DNA of 63,943 nt, filler included, from Lama guanicoe (taxonomy: Eukaryota), in NCBI GenBank assembly GCA_013239625.1. It is 202 parts of 202 records of this genome, joined end to end, with 100 filler letters (N's around TTAATTAATTAA, not from the genome) between each part and the next. Parts side by side here need not be neighbours in the genome. Positions count along the whole stretch, not along the records: positions 63,408 to 63,625 come from PNXV01039284.1; positions 63,726 to 63,943 come from PNXV01039285.1; 200 more parts are not named here. One strand, written 5' to 3'. Below the pieces are notes generated by a model. That model saw nothing but the letters and a program-made list of their open reading frames with translations, searched no databases and was not told where the DNA came from. Position 1 is the stretch's first letter, and the number at the start of each line of letters is the position of its first letter. This document shows positions 63,528-63,943 of the stretch, in pieces. The position numbers were made by a program, and so were the translations under genes.

Positions 63528-63943
63528 GGATTACATGGTAATTCTGTGTTTTGTTTTGGTTTGTTGAGGATCATCGTAACTTTTAAGAATGGCAAATAAA
63601 AGTCTGGTGAAATTTCTGTACATAANNNNNNNNNNNNNNNNNNNNNNNNNNNNNNNNNNNNNNNNNNNNTTAATTAATTAANNNNNNNNNNNNNNNNNNN
63701 NNNNNNNNNNNNNNNNNNNNNNNNNGGCACCTCCCAGCCCCTTCCCCTCTCAGTGCCAGCTCCTCCGGAGCCAGAGGTCCACAGGGGACCACCCAGATGG
63801 AACCCTCCGGGGTCCACTCAGGGAGAGGTCTAGGGCAGGCCTGGAGGAGGAGTGACCCTCAGACCAGCCACATGAGGCACAGACCAAACTGTCGACAGTG
63901 AGAGGTGGATGGTGACCGTGCCCTCTGATGCTGTGCCTCTAAG

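Overview
This window is not a contiguous locus. It is an artificial concatenation of about 202 unrelated, size-sorted contigs of ~215-218 bp. Each is separated by an identical 100-bp linker: 44 N + TTAATTAATTAA + 44 N, which gives stop codons in all six frames. The DNA is mammalian and most likely camelid, based on Vic-1-like tRNA-derived SINEs, cetartiodactyl-type L1 3' ends and a ~250-bp satellite. Most contigs are intronic or intergenic and carry L1, L2, MIR, MLT, MER, ERV-LTR or simple-repeat fragments. Recognisable gene fragments are THADA, BCL11B, TTC9, an OR8U-like olfactory receptor, a stop-disrupted HSFY C-terminus (which suggests a male donor) and two haplotypes of a U6 snRNA pseudogene. 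Four near-identical contig pairs share exactly 49 identical bases at both ends, the signature of de Bruijn graph bubbles. Almost all ORFs in the supplied track are artefacts that run into the linker. Neighbouring contigs have no biological relationship, and I find no support for a novel multi-gene system here. Gene and repeat identifications come from recalled reference sequences, not from searches.
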